DNA from: a bacterium
GTDB lineage: Bacteria; UBA8248
Direction: 5' to 3'
NCBI GenBank assembly: GCA_965261085.1
Contig: OZ253442.1
Location: forward strand, 3,552,001 to 3,616,000
DNA length: 64,000 nt
This document shows positions 51,104 to 60,851 of the stretch, piece after piece. Each line of letters starts with the position of its first letter. Within the stretch, counting starts at the first letter, position 1. Position numbers and translations under genes: made by a program. A model generated the notes under the pieces. It saw only the letters and a program-made list of their open reading frames with translations. It ran no database searches and was not told where the DNA came from.

Positions 51104-51410
51104 GGGGACGGACAGCGCTTCGCTGCGCGAATCATCCTCTCCTCCTCTTCACCCGCCTTCCCCAAAAAAATTTGTTTTGCCGTTAGACGTGGACGACGAG
51201 AAAAGCGTTCGCTTATCCTCGCTTGTTTCGATTCAATATCCCAAATCCTTGGCGGGGGTATCGGAGGCCACCTGTATCACGATGCCCTCGGTCTCATCGG
51301 GGTGTAAGAACAGGATTTCGTATCCTCGGGGGGTATAGGCGCCCGGGCCGAAGCCTTCCAAAGCGGGAACCAGAATCAGACAGACCGGAAATCCTCTCAT
51401 TTTTCACTTG

Positions 51411-51439
51411 TTGACATCGGAATACCGAGATTCTATGAT
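51411..51439 (+). promoter_or_regulatory. near-consensus sigma70 promoter with a palindrome in the spacer
   Basis: TTGACA-17 nt-TATGAT; spacer contains TCGG-AATA-CCGA (possible operator). Confidence 0.75.
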
Positions 51440-51526
51440 TTTCGCATCGCAAAAGATTCGAGGAGATATTGGTAGCAGCGCATGAAGCGTCTTCATGTCA
51501 TTCAGTCACTTCAAGGAGGAACATTC

Positions 51527-52810
51527 ATGAGTCGTTTGGACAGAAGAAAATTCCTGAAAGGCGCAGGCCTCATCGGCGGCATCGTCGCCGCGCAGACCGC
51601 TCCCCCGTTCCTGAGAGAGGGTCTCGGCGCCCGACCAATCAAGTGGGGCTCCATCCATCCGACGACGGGTCCCTACGCCACCGAGGCTTTCGACCAGGTG
51701 GAAGGCGTTAAAATCGCCATCGAGGACGTCAACAAGGAAGGCGGCGTGGATGGGCGCCAGATCAAGCTGCTCTTCCGCGACGATCAGTTCAAATGGGATC
51801 AGACCACCACGCACGCGCTCGACCTGATCGACAACCACAGGGTCGATTTCATCGCGGGCTCCATGGTCGGCCCCGAGGAAGTGCGTCTCAACGAGTTCTC
51901 CCGCAAGCGCAAGATCATTTATGCGAACTATCCCCAGCACATCATGTCTACTCCGGGAAACGCGAACAAGATGTCGCCCCTGTTCTTCACGGCGAACACC
52001 ACGCCGTATCAGTTGGCAGCGAGTTCGCTCACCTATATCGCCAAGAACAACCTGGGCAAAAAGATTCACTGCGTATTCGACGACTACATCTGGCCCAAGA
52101 TGTTCATCCCCGCCTTCAAGAAGCTGACGAAGGACTTCAACCTCACGTGGAACGAGAACAGCTCCGTCTCCTGGGTTCCCTTCCCGACCTCGATGGACTA
52201 TTCCGCCACGTTCCCGAGAATTTTGAAAGAAAAACCAGACGTCCTCTACGTGCTGTGCTGGGGACAGCGTCAGGTCGCCTTCGTCAAGCAGGCGCGCGAA
52301 GCCGGTCTCGACAAGAAAGTGAAGATCGTCCTCGGCGCCACCGAGGTCACCATCCCCGAGGCCGCCGGCCCCGGTTCGTATGACGGCTTCAACGCGGCGA
52401 TGATGTGGCACCCCTCTCTCGCGAGCAAATACCCCGCCGCCAAGGCGCTGAACGATAAGTTCCTGGCGCGCCGTAAACGTCCGTGCTCGAGCTACGGAAT
52501 GCTCGCCCACGACCTCACGCGGCTGATTCTGGATACGGCGAAAGAGACCAAGCTCTACAAGCGCCGCGATCACTTCAAGCTCGCAAAGGTGCTGGAAGGC
52601 AAGAAATTCCAGTACAGCAAGGGCCCGTGCGAGATTCGCGCCTGCGACCACGTCTGCATCTCGGAGGTTTTCGTGATGCGCGGCAAATCCAAGGCCGAGA
52701 TGAAACACCCCTTCGATCACATCGAGGTCATCGGCTCCTCCAGCGGCGCGGGCAACACCGTCTCCTGCGAGGCGAAAGGTCTGAAAGGACCCGCCAGCGA
52801 CAGGAGCTAG
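51527..52810 (+). CDS. Tat-exported branched-chain-type ABC substrate-binding protein
   Basis: AGGAGG SD; DRRKFLK twin-arginine signal; TGPYA, N..GGV.GR. Confidence 0.9.
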   Translation: MSRLDRRKFLKGAGLIGGIVAAQTAPPFLREGLGARPIKWGSIHPTTGPYATEAFDQVEGVKIAIEDVNKEGGVDGRQIKLLFRDDQFKWDQTTTHALDLIDNHRVDFIAGSMVGPEEVRLNEFSRKRKIIYANYPQHIMSTPGNANKMSPLFFTANTTPYQLAASSLTYIAKNNLGKKIHCVFDDYIWPKMFIPAFKKLTKDFNLTWNENSSVSWVPFPTSMDYSATFPRILKEKPDVLYVLCWGQRQVAFVKQAREAGLDKKVKIVLGATEVTIPEAAGPGSYDGFNAAMMWHPSLASKYPAAKALNDKFLARRKRPCSSYGMLAHDLTRLILDTAKETKLYKRRDHFKLAKVLEGKKFQYSKGPCEIRACDHVCISEVFVMRGKSKAEMKHPFDHIEVIGSSSGAGNTVSCEAKGLKGPASDRS

Positions 52811-52840
52811 GAAAGCACATCGAAGCATCGTCAGACGCCG

Positions 52841-52872
52841 GCCTGGGCGGTTGGAAATCCAGCCGCCCAGGC
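52841..52872 (+). terminator. stem-loop after the second SBP gene
   Basis: GCCTGGGCGGTTGGA / TCCAGCCGCCCAGGC followed by TTTG. Confidence 0.6.
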
Positions 52873-52956
52873 TTTGTCCTCATGGCGTTTGACAGCGGCG
52901 GCGTTTCATCCTAGACATTGCACTCTTGCGACTTCCCCGTTTCCAAGGAGCGTGTT

Positions 52957-53940
52957 TTGCCAAGCGGCGGTGGTATTGAATTCTCGGAGTTCGTCCAGCA
53001 TTTGTTTCTCGGGCTGGTGCAAGGTTCCTTCTGGGTTCTGCTGGCGCTGGGCCTTTCTATCGTGTTCGGGCTGATGGGCATCATCAACTTCGGACACGGC
53101 GCCTTCTACATGCTGGGCGCGTACGTGGGGTACACGATCTCGAACCTCATTTTCACGCCCATTTTCGGACCGAACGTGGGCTTCATCATGGCCGTCGCAC
53201 TTGTACCGGTCGTCATGTTCGGAATCGGGATGGTTTTTGAGAAATACGTCATCAGCAATATATACAATACGGAAAACGAGCGGTTCTCGGGCGTTCTCAT
53301 CATGTTCGGCACGTCCATCTTCTTGCCGGACTTCGTCCGCTTCATCTGGGGCAGGCCGGGGAAACCCTTCAACATCCCGCCGATGTTCGGGTTCTCCCTC
53401 TTAAAGACGGGCACGCTCGACATCTCGGCCTACAGGAGCTTCGCCATCATCACCGCGGCGATTCTCGTCGCCCTCCTCTGGCTGCTCATCTACAGGACCA
53501 ACCTGGGCATGATGATTCGCGCGGGCACCAACAACAACACGATGGTGAAGGTGCTGGGCATCAACGTGTCACGTATCTGGCGGCTCACCTTCGGTTTGGG
53601 CATCGCCCTTGCCGGATTCTCCGGCGTCATGATAGCGCCCCTGTTCGCGGTGGACGCCACGATGGGCGAACTGATTCTGGTGCAGACCTTCATCGTCGTC
53701 GTCGTCGGCGGCATGGGGAGTTTCATCGGCCCGGTGATCGGCGGGCTGATTCTGGGCCAGCTCTGGGCGCTCACGCCCCTGGTGGGCAGAACCCAATACG
53801 TGGTTCAAAACTGGACAGGCACGGTGATAGGCCCCGATTTCTGGGAAAAAGCGTCCGACATCCTGCTCTTCATCGTGATGGCGGTAATCCTTCTCTTGAG
53901 ACCAAGAGGGTTGTTCGGCCAAGAAGGCGCTTTTGATTAA
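52957..53940 (+). CDS. ABC transporter permease (LivH-like)
   Basis: AAGGAG + TTG 52957; GLSIVFG...INFGHG, VVVGGMGS, RPRGLFG. Confidence 0.9.
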   Translation: MPSGGGIEFSEFVQHLFLGLVQGSFWVLLALGLSIVFGLMGIINFGHGAFYMLGAYVGYTISNLIFTPIFGPNVGFIMAVALVPVVMFGIGMVFEKYVISNIYNTENERFSGVLIMFGTSIFLPDFVRFIWGRPGKPFNIPPMFGFSLLKTGTLDISAYRSFAIITAAILVALLWLLIYRTNLGMMIRAGTNNNTMVKVLGINVSRIWRLTFGLGIALAGFSGVMIAPLFAVDATMGELILVQTFIVVVVGGMGSFIGPVIGGLILGQLWALTPLVGRTQYVVQNWTGTVIGPDFWEKASDILLFIVMAVILLLRPRGLFGQEGAFD

Positions 53941-53972
53941 AGATCCTTATCGTCTCGGGAGAGATTTCTAAA

Positions 53973-55175
53973 GTGGACTCTGCAGCTCCAAAAAACCGAT
54001 TCACTCCCAGGGAATTCTGGGCCTGGATCTCGGAAGTTTTAGACAACTACGGAATACTGATACTCGCCGGTCTCCTGCTGGTGTACCCGTTTTTCTTCAG
54101 CGCCCTCAACGATTCGATCATCTGGCTCGAGGACAACAACTGGGAGACCTCCGCCGAGATTCTAACGGAGATTCGCGGCTTCGTGCCGAGCACGCCCCTG
54201 ATGATTCAGATTCTCATCTACACGCTGTTCGGCATCGCCTTCAACATCCTGCTCGGCAACACCGGAATGCTCAGCCTGGGCCATTGCGCTTTCTTCGGCG
54301 TGGGCGGCTACACCGTGGGCATCATGCACGCCTGGATCAAGCCCGGCACCTATGCCCCCGACTGGATGGTCAGCGCCTTCAAGGTGTTGCCTCTGGAAAT
54401 CTCGCTCATCACTTGCGTCATCGTTTCCACCTTCGTCGCCTGGCTCATCGGCACCATCTGCAGTTCGAAGCGCGGCGTGTATTTCGCCATGGTCACCCTC
54501 TCCATCAGCATGATCTTCTACTACTCCGCACAGACGTTCGACGACCTCACGGGCGGAACGGACGGCCTGGGAGGGCTTGAGAACATGCGGCTGGGCTCCA
54601 TCGGCCTTCGCGTGGGCATCATGGACGCGAACATCACCTATTACTTCGTCTTGATACTGAGCATCATTTGCATCGCCGTCATCTGGCAGGTGCTTCGCTC
54701 GCCGTACGGTCACGTGCTCAGAGCGATTCGTGAAAACGAGAACCGCGCGCGCATCTGCGGCTACAACGTGGCGAAAGTCCGGCTCATGGCGTTCACGATG
54801 AGCGGGGCCATCTCGGGAGTCGCGGGCGCGCTGGCGATCATATACGGCGAGACCGTGCCAATCGAGAACATCCACTTCGTCACCTCGGGGCAGATCGTCA
54901 TCATCACCCTCTTCGGAGGCGCGGGCACCTTCCTGGGGCCTGCGGTGGGTTCGTTCATCTACTGGTACCTGAGGCAGTTGATGAGCGTGGAATTCGTGAA
55001 ATACCTGGCCATCTTCCAGTATTGGGAAGCGTGGGTGGGCGGCATCTTCGTGCTGATCGTGCTCTTCGTGCCCTCGGGCATTCTGGGCACCATCCGCAAC
55101 ATGACGCTCGAATACCGCGAGAAGAAATATCTGGCGAAAAGAGAGGCGGCCGAGGCGGCGGCCGACCCGGAATAA
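53973..55175 (+). CDS. ABC transporter permease (LivM-like)
   Basis: NILLG.TG.LS.GH, GVYFAMVTL, TGG.DG, AIRENE.RA. Confidence 0.9.
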   Translation: MDSAAPKNRFTPREFWAWISEVLDNYGILILAGLLLVYPFFFSALNDSIIWLEDNNWETSAEILTEIRGFVPSTPLMIQILIYTLFGIAFNILLGNTGMLSLGHCAFFGVGGYTVGIMHAWIKPGTYAPDWMVSAFKVLPLEISLITCVIVSTFVAWLIGTICSSKRGVYFAMVTLSISMIFYYSAQTFDDLTGGTDGLGGLENMRLGSIGLRVGIMDANITYYFVLILSIICIAVIWQVLRSPYGHVLRAIRENENRARICGYNVAKVRLMAFTMSGAISGVAGALAIIYGETVPIENIHFVTSGQIVIITLFGGAGTFLGPAVGSFIYWYLRQLMSVEFVKYLAIFQYWEAWVGGIFVLIVLFVPSGILGTIRNMTLEYREKKYLAKREAAEAAADPE

Positions 55176-55187
55176 CGGAAAGACAAA

Positions 55188-55922
55188 ATGCCTATCCTGG
55201 AAACCAAAAACCTGAGCAAGCATTTCGACGCCCTCATCGCCGTGGACGGCGTGGATTATTCGGTCAATGCCGGCGAGTTGCGCTCCATCATCGGCCCCAA
55301 CGGCGCGGGCAAAACGACTTTCTTCAACATGATCGCGGGCGAACTGATGCCCACATCGGGACAGGTGCTCTTCGATGGAGAAGACGTATCGGAAGTCCCC
55401 GCCCATGAGCGCTCCCACTTAGGGATCGGCCGCACCTACCAGATCACCAACATCTTTCCCAAGCTGAGCGTGCTGGAGAACATCCGCATCGCCGTGCAAT
55501 CGCGCAAGATGACGTTTAACCTTTGGTCGACGATTGGAAACCACAAGGAGTTGATCGAAAGGGCCGACGAGATACTCGAGCGCATCAACATGACGGAAAA
55601 ACGCGGCGAGCTCGCCGGCACGCTCGCGCACGGCGAGCAACGCTACCTGGAAATCGGAATCGCTCTCGCCACCGACCCCAAGCTGCTCCTGCTCGATGAG
55701 CCGACGGCGGGCATGAGCCCCGAGGAAACGATTCAGACGGGTGAGTTCATCAAGAGCCTGGCCGATCCGCTCACCATCGTGCTCGTGGAGCACGACATGG
55801 ATGTGGTGCTGGGCATTTCGGACAAAATCACCGTGCTGCACAACGGCGCTTTTCTCGCCGAGGGCACGGTGGAGGAAGTTCGCGCGAACGCAGAAGTGCA
55901 GCGCGTATACCTGAGGGAATAA
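55188..55922 (+). CDS. ABC transporter ATP-binding protein (LivG-like)
   Basis: GPNGAGKTT, LLDEPTAGM, EHDM. Confidence 0.93.
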   Translation: MPILETKNLSKHFDALIAVDGVDYSVNAGELRSIIGPNGAGKTTFFNMIAGELMPTSGQVLFDGEDVSEVPAHERSHLGIGRTYQITNIFPKLSVLENIRIAVQSRKMTFNLWSTIGNHKELIERADEILERINMTEKRGELAGTLAHGEQRYLEIGIALATDPKLLLLDEPTAGMSPEETIQTGEFIKSLADPLTIVLVEHDMDVVLGISDKITVLHNGAFLAEGTVEEVRANAEVQRVYLRE

Positions 55923-56626
55923 TGCTCGAAGTAGATTCCATCAACACGTTTTACGGCTTAAGCCACGTGCTTCACGACTTGAGCCTCAAGGTGGGCGAAG
56001 GCGAGGCGGTGGCCTTCCTCGGCAGGAACGGGGCGGGCAAATCCACCACCATGAAGACCGTCATGGGTCTGTTGACGCCCCAGAGCGGCAAAATCACCAT
56101 GGAGGGAAAAGACATCACCGAGGCCGAGGCGCACACCGTCTCGCTCGCGGGGGTTTCATGGATCCCCGAGGATCGCCAGGTGTTCACCAACCTCACCGTG
56201 TTCGAAAACCTCAAGATCAGCCGCATCCCCATCGACGGCGCCAAGAACCTCGACACGCATCTCGACTGGATTTTCTCCCTCTTCCCGCGTCTCAAGGAGC
56301 GCATCAACAACAAGGGCAACCAGTTGAGCGGCGGCGAGCAGCAGATGCTCACCATGGCGCGGGGCCTCGGCACGGAGCCCAAGCTCATCATGGTGGACGA
56401 ACCCACCGAGGGCCTGATGCCCGCCTATGTCGAAACCATCGAAAACGTGCTGGTGGAGATCCAGAAAAAAGGCATCGCCATCCTGCTCGTGGAGCAGAAC
56501 TTCCGCATGGCGCTCAACATCACCAAGCGCGCCTATCTGATAGAAAAAGGCATCATCCAGTGGGAAGGCGCTTCCGCCGACCTGCTCGAAGACCAGGAAA
56601 CCCGAAAGAGGTATCTGGGCGTCTAG
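55922..56626 (+). CDS. ABC transporter ATP-binding protein (LivF-like)
   Basis: GRNGAGKST, LSGGEQQM, DEPTEGL, EQN. Confidence 0.93.
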   Translation: MLEVDSINTFYGLSHVLHDLSLKVGEGEAVAFLGRNGAGKSTTMKTVMGLLTPQSGKITMEGKDITEAEAHTVSLAGVSWIPEDRQVFTNLTVFENLKISRIPIDGAKNLDTHLDWIFSLFPRLKERINNKGNQLSGGEQQMLTMARGLGTEPKLIMVDEPTEGLMPAYVETIENVLVEIQKKGIAILLVEQNFRMALNITKRAYLIEKGIIQWEGASADLLEDQETRKRYLGV

Positions 56627-56687
56627 CCCAGGCGCAGGAAAACCCCGCCGAACCTTCCGGCCTTTCGACATCCAAGAAGGAGACGAT

Positions 56688-57113
56688 ATGGACCAGCGTC
56701 TCAGCATCATCACCCTGAGCGTAGACGATCTTCCGCGTGCGCGCGCGTTCTACGAGGCGCTCGGCTGGCGTGTGGCGAGCGAGGAGCACGCCGATTCCAT
56801 CGTCTGCTTCACGCTCAACGGAATCGGTTTCGCCCTCTATTCCCGCGCCAAACTCATCGAGGATATCGGGCCACAGGCCGGCAGCGGCGACGCGACGGGT
56901 GCGGTCACCCTGGCCTACAACGTTCGCGCACGAGAGGACGTCGCCAAGGTGCTTGCCGAAGCGGAACGCGCCGGCGGCGTCATCGTCAAGCCTGCGCAGG
57001 ATGTCTTCTGGGGCGGGCATTCGGGATATTTCCAGGATCCCGACGGACACTTTTGGGAAGTCGCCTGGAACCCCTTCTCACCGCTCGATGACAAGGGAAA
57101 CTTCGCCTGGTAG
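56688..57113 (+). CDS. VOC/glyoxalase family protein
   Basis: ITL.V.DL.RA..FY, WGG.SGYF.DPDGH.WEVAWNP. Confidence 0.93.
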   Translation: MDQRLSIITLSVDDLPRARAFYEALGWRVASEEHADSIVCFTLNGIGFALYSRAKLIEDIGPQAGSGDATGAVTLAYNVRAREDVAKVLAEAERAGGVIVKPAQDVFWGGHSGYFQDPDGHFWEVAWNPFSPLDDKGNFAW

Positions 57114-57300
57114 GCGGTGGGATCATAGCACGCAAGAAACCGCATCCCGGCGAAGACTCAAGCGGAGCACCCGAGTTCCCGACGGCTCGAACCTTTTGCA
57201 GCTTCAGGCTTCATGTCTGATGAGGGTGCGCAGAGCGCAAGCGCCTCTCAAATTCCTTGCCGAAGCCTCCTCCCTCACACCCGAAGCGCGATGAGCAAGA

Positions 57301-57579
57301 TTACTCCCCCCTTGAGAGTCATTTCCGACAAATGCAGGAGGGAATGTCGCAGAAGCCGAGCCTCTGGCGAAGGCTGATGCGGTGGGGGGGTAATTCCGAG
57401 CGAGGAATTGCGAACCGATGTTCTATTCGTCCGCTGCAATCGCTCCTTCATCAGTCACGAGAATTTCTCCTTTTTCAGTCGAAATTCACCCCCCACCGGC
57501 GCGACTGCGGGCTTACGCCCTTGTCTTGCCGACAATCCCTCATTCTTCAATCGGGATTGACCCTCAAGGGGGGAGTGAA
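57301..57579. repeat. about 280-bp REPIN/MITE-like nested inverted repeat
   Basis: TTACTCCCCCCTTGAG (57301-16) versus CTCAAGGGGGGAGTGA (57563-78); inner CGGTGGGGGGGTAATT versus AATTCACCCCCCACCG. Confidence 0.7.
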
Positions 57580-57675
57580 TTCTAAGACCTCAAGTAGAAG
57601 GTGGTCCAAACAAGAGTGATTCGCCGACACCGGCTCCGAGCGGACGGGAGAGCAGGATCAGTGCGATTTTCCGTT

Positions 57676-58022
57676 CGTCATTCCGGCGCATGCCGGAATC
57701 AAGGCGGACGAGACGTTCATTGGTTCTGGTCAACCTTGCGGTTGCCACCGGCATCCGCCGGAATAACGGCGATGTGGCCTATTGCTCACAATGCGAGAGG
57801 GAGTACGCTTCCCTCCCCGGACTCGATACGAAAAACAGGGCGGACACGCAGGTGGCAGACATATATGTCTGACCCTACGGGCATGCGCCGAACGAGAGAG
57901 CAAGATTGCCTGAACTCGATGCGACGCGCCTCAACGCTCATCGACCAAGCGGCGCGCCTTCACGTCGCGCATCGGGTCTGGTCAACCTTGCGGTTGCCAA
58001 CAGAATGCGCCTGAATGACGGC
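57676..58022. repeat. cluster of CGTC- and GTAG-type REP-like palindromes, including a 46-bp copy of the CoA-ligase gene 3' end
   Basis: CGTCATTCCGGCGCATGCCGGAATC; TCTGGTCAACCTTGCGGTTGCCA at 57725 and 57977; GGGCGGACAC...CCCTAC; 57930-57975 identical to 58984-59029. Confidence 0.8.
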
Positions 58023-58123
58023 GTTATGAAGCAGTCCAGACCGATGCACAAGACGCAAATTGGTGGAGACATCCTGCGAATCACACTGTACTGTGAAATG
58101 GTTTCACTTTCCTTACACAACCG

Positions 58124-58879
58124 TTATCTGGAACCTTTGCAGTACCAATTGACGTCGTCGTGAACATCTAATTGCCAAGTCAGTGGTAAAAGAACGGACC
58201 GAGCCTCTCCTAATGCATCTTCAGCTTCGGTACGTGTCGGTCGATAGCCTTCTTTATGAACCACTTCATTCCTCAGCTCAGGTATATTCGTGCGCCTTAT
58301 TCGCTCAAGAAAGTGTGCAAGTTTCCTGTCTACTAACGAGTTCAATTCGGCATCCTCGGGAGGGTTAGAATTAGCAAGAGCAACTATGTACGTCTCGGAT
58401 TCACCTAGATTGGATGGTGGAATAGAATCAATGGCTAAATGCAAGAAAAGGTTACGCATCTTCCAAAAAGTGAATTTCTTTGTTTTACTCGAAAGCTCCC
58501 GAGATAACTGGTTCATTTTAGCCTGGGCATTGGAACCCCGGTTAGAGTTGGCTCCAAATGGCACATAGAGAAGCTTTACTCTCAAATATAAGCTGAAAAA
58601 CATTTCATATGCTTGACATACATTTAGAATGCAGTTCATGTAGCGCTTGGCTTCAAGAAGATCATGACAAGAATAAATGATTGCTTCGTGCCGTTCATTT
58701 ACGCTGTCGCCATTGAGCCAAAAACCTCCTTTACAATCAAAGCAAGATACATTGGCTCCAAATATCGGTTCGAACGTACAGAGATCCGATGCGCGATTGA
58801 ATACAAGCTCGTGACCACACCGAGGACAATCAACAACGATATTTTCGTAGTCGGAATATTTTATCTTTGCTGTCAGCAT
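58124..58879 (-). CDS. Zn-ribbon + HEPN-like protein (putative RNase toxin / defence effector)
   Basis: CPRC...CFDC at the N-terminus; helical C-terminus with QAYE and LRNEVVH (RxxxxH); clearly AT-richer than flanks. Confidence 0.7.
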   Translation of the reverse strand: MLTAKIKYSDYENIVVDCPRCGHELVFNRASDLCTFEPIFGANVSCFDCKGGFWLNGDSVNERHEAIIYSCHDLLEAKRYMNCILNVCQAYEMFFSLYLRVKLLYVPFGANSNRGSNAQAKMNQLSRELSSKTKKFTFWKMRNLFLHLAIDSIPPSNLGESETYIVALANSNPPEDAELNSLVDRKLAHFLERIRRTNIPELRNEVVHKEGYRPTRTEAEDALGEARSVLLPLTWQLDVHDDVNWYCKGSR

Positions 58880-58984
58880 TGTTTTTCGGTTTCCTGCAAA
58901 CTCGACCCATTCATGACTTACCGCTATCGAAGAGGAATTTGTATCATACCGATATGGCTTCGATCCGCCTCGCAGTTTCGTATC

Positions 58985-60325
58985 TCAACGCTCATCGACC
59001 AAGCGGCGCGCCTTCACGTCGCGCATCGGATCGTGAATCACGCCCGGGGCCACGAATTCGAGAACCGGCCTTATCATCACCGCTCCCCGCACCCGATCCG
59101 GCAAGGACGCGCCGAGCCGCTCGCGCTCGGAATCCTCGGCTTCGAGGCGAATGATCAACTCATCCATCGAATCCGCGTCGTCGGGTGTTGATTTGCGAAT
59201 CCGGATCTGAAACTCGCGAATCACCCGCTCTTTCGCCAGAAGGTCGAAGACGATCTCGGGGTTCATCAGCATCCCGCGCACCTTGAGGAGGTCACCCGTC
59301 CTTCTCGGCAGGCGCACGATGCGCTCGCCCACCCGCCCGCAGTGCGGACAAGGCTCCCATTTGAGCGCAATGAGGTCTCCGATGAGATAGCGCAGAAACA
59401 CCGTGCCCCTGCGGTGCAGGTGCGTGAGGGCTATCGCCCCCTCCTCCCCCTCGGCGACACGCTCGCCCGTCTCGGGGTTCACCACTTCGAGCAGATAGAG
59501 TTCGGGCACGACGTTGTGCGGCATCGCCTCGTTCGCGCACTGCACGAGGCCGCCCTGCATCTCCGTCGCCGCGTAGCGTACGCGCACCTGCGGGTCGCGC
59601 GCCCCGAAATAGCGCAAGTGATCCATATACTCCTCGCGCAGGGCGTCGCTCACCGCTTCGCCCGTGGTGAGCACCATGCGCGCGCGCGGGAGTTTGACGC
59701 CGCGCTCCCGCGCCCTCCTCAGGAACCGGCGGACGAAACTCGGCACCCCCCAGATGATGGTGGCCCCCGAATCAGCCACCACGTCGAGAGCCTCATCGAG
59801 CGACCTTCGCACGGGATATTCAGGATGCGGGCTACCCGTCAGCGCGCTCACCACGGGAAGACCCATGATTTCCGCGGAGCGCACGCAGCAGAGAAACCCA
59901 CCCAGGGGCATGGGCGAGAGCGGGTAGAGATTCGCGACGACGTCCCCGGCCCGCAGGCCTTCCGCCTCGTTGCAGGCCCTCGCCTGGAGCATGATGTGGT
60001 ACTGATCGTGCGTGGTGTTGAAAAAAGGCGACGGTCGCCCGCTCATGGTGCCCGTGGTGTAGGCCACGTTCCACATCGTCCGCTCCTCGAAGGGAAGCTC
60101 GGGCAGCCAGGCGGGATCGAGGCTGAAATCCTCGGGCGCGGCCATGAAATCCTCTTTTTTCGTCAGGGGGATTTTCTGGAGATCGTCGAGTTCCTGTACC
60201 GCCTCGGGGATGAGGTTCGCCTCCGCGAAGCGGCGCTTGTAAAACGGATGCGCCCGCCCGCACAGGGCGACCATTCTCCGCAAGCGTTTTCTCCTCAACT
60301 CGTGCAGCGCATCTTGCTCGTTCAT
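58985..60325 (-). CDS. phenylacetate-CoA ligase (PaaK)-like AMP-binding enzyme
   Basis: IPLTKKED, TTGT.SGRP, YAATE, FLRYLIGD, CPHCGR, RTGDLLKVRG. Confidence 0.88.
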   Translation of the reverse strand: MNEQDALHELRRKRLRRMVALCGRAHPFYKRRFAEANLIPEAVQELDDLQKIPLTKKEDFMAAPEDFSLDPAWLPELPFEERTMWNVAYTTGTMSGRPSPFFNTTHDQYHIMLQARACNEAEGLRAGDVVANLYPLSPMPLGGFLCCVRSAEIMGLPVVSALTGSPHPEYPVRRSLDEALDVVADSGATIIWGVPSFVRRFLRRARERGVKLPRARMVLTTGEAVSDALREEYMDHLRYFGARDPQVRVRYAATEMQGGLVQCANEAMPHNVVPELYLLEVVNPETGERVAEGEEGAIALTHLHRRGTVFLRYLIGDLIALKWEPCPHCGRVGERIVRLPRRTGDLLKVRGMLMNPEIVFDLLAKERVIREFQIRIRKSTPDDADSMDELIIRLEAEDSERERLGASLPDRVRGAVMIRPVLEFVAPGVIHDPMRDVKARRLVDER

Positions 60326-60346
60326 AGCCTCTTGTCTCCCACCTTT

Positions 60347-60742
60347 CTAAAAAATTCCGGCTTTTCTCTGCAGCCAGCGCACGTACTGCACGATCAGGGC
60401 CACCTCTTCCGGTTTCACGCCCGGCACAGGCTGCATGTCGCCGAACTTCCAGTGGTGGCTCTTCACCCCGCGCGTGACCGCCAGAAAGAAAGCGCCGTCC
60501 CCGTGATGGGAGGGCTCATAATACTTATGAACCAGCGGCGGGCCGATTCGCGTACCTTTGGCCTCCGGCCCGTGGCAGCGCATGCAATTGCGCGAAAACA
60601 GCGATTTTCCCTGGTTGATTTGCGCCATATTTTCAGATACGGGCTGCGCCGCTTGTCTTGGCGGCTCCGGCTTTTTCGTCAAGGTCACGAGAATACCAAA
60701 CCCCGCTATGAGAAAAAGTCCCGCCGCCAACGCCTTGTTCAT
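60347..60742 (-). CDS. monoheme cytochrome c
   Basis: N-terminal TM/signal, CMRCH, GPPL, distal M in DMQP. Confidence 0.9.
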   Translation of the reverse strand: MNKALAAGLFLIAGFGILVTLTKKPEPPRQAAQPVSENMAQINQGKSLFSRNCMRCHGPEAKGTRIGPPLVHKYYEPSHHGDGAFFLAVTRGVKSHHWKFGDMQPVPGVKPEEVALIVQYVRWLQRKAGIF

Positions 60743-60851
60743 AGCCCGTAAACTCCTCCTGCGGAGCGTTTTCACGTCTCGAAGCACGCTCCGCCACTAA
60801 CAACATCTCTCATCAAAAATTCAAGAGATCACCCAAAGCGGCGCAGACAGC

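Noticed and set aside
51240-51345. Possible structured RNA (GGGGGTAT repeated twice, CCTGT/ACAGG stem)
   Set aside because: Lies upstream of the identified promoter, pairing is weak, and no family is recognised
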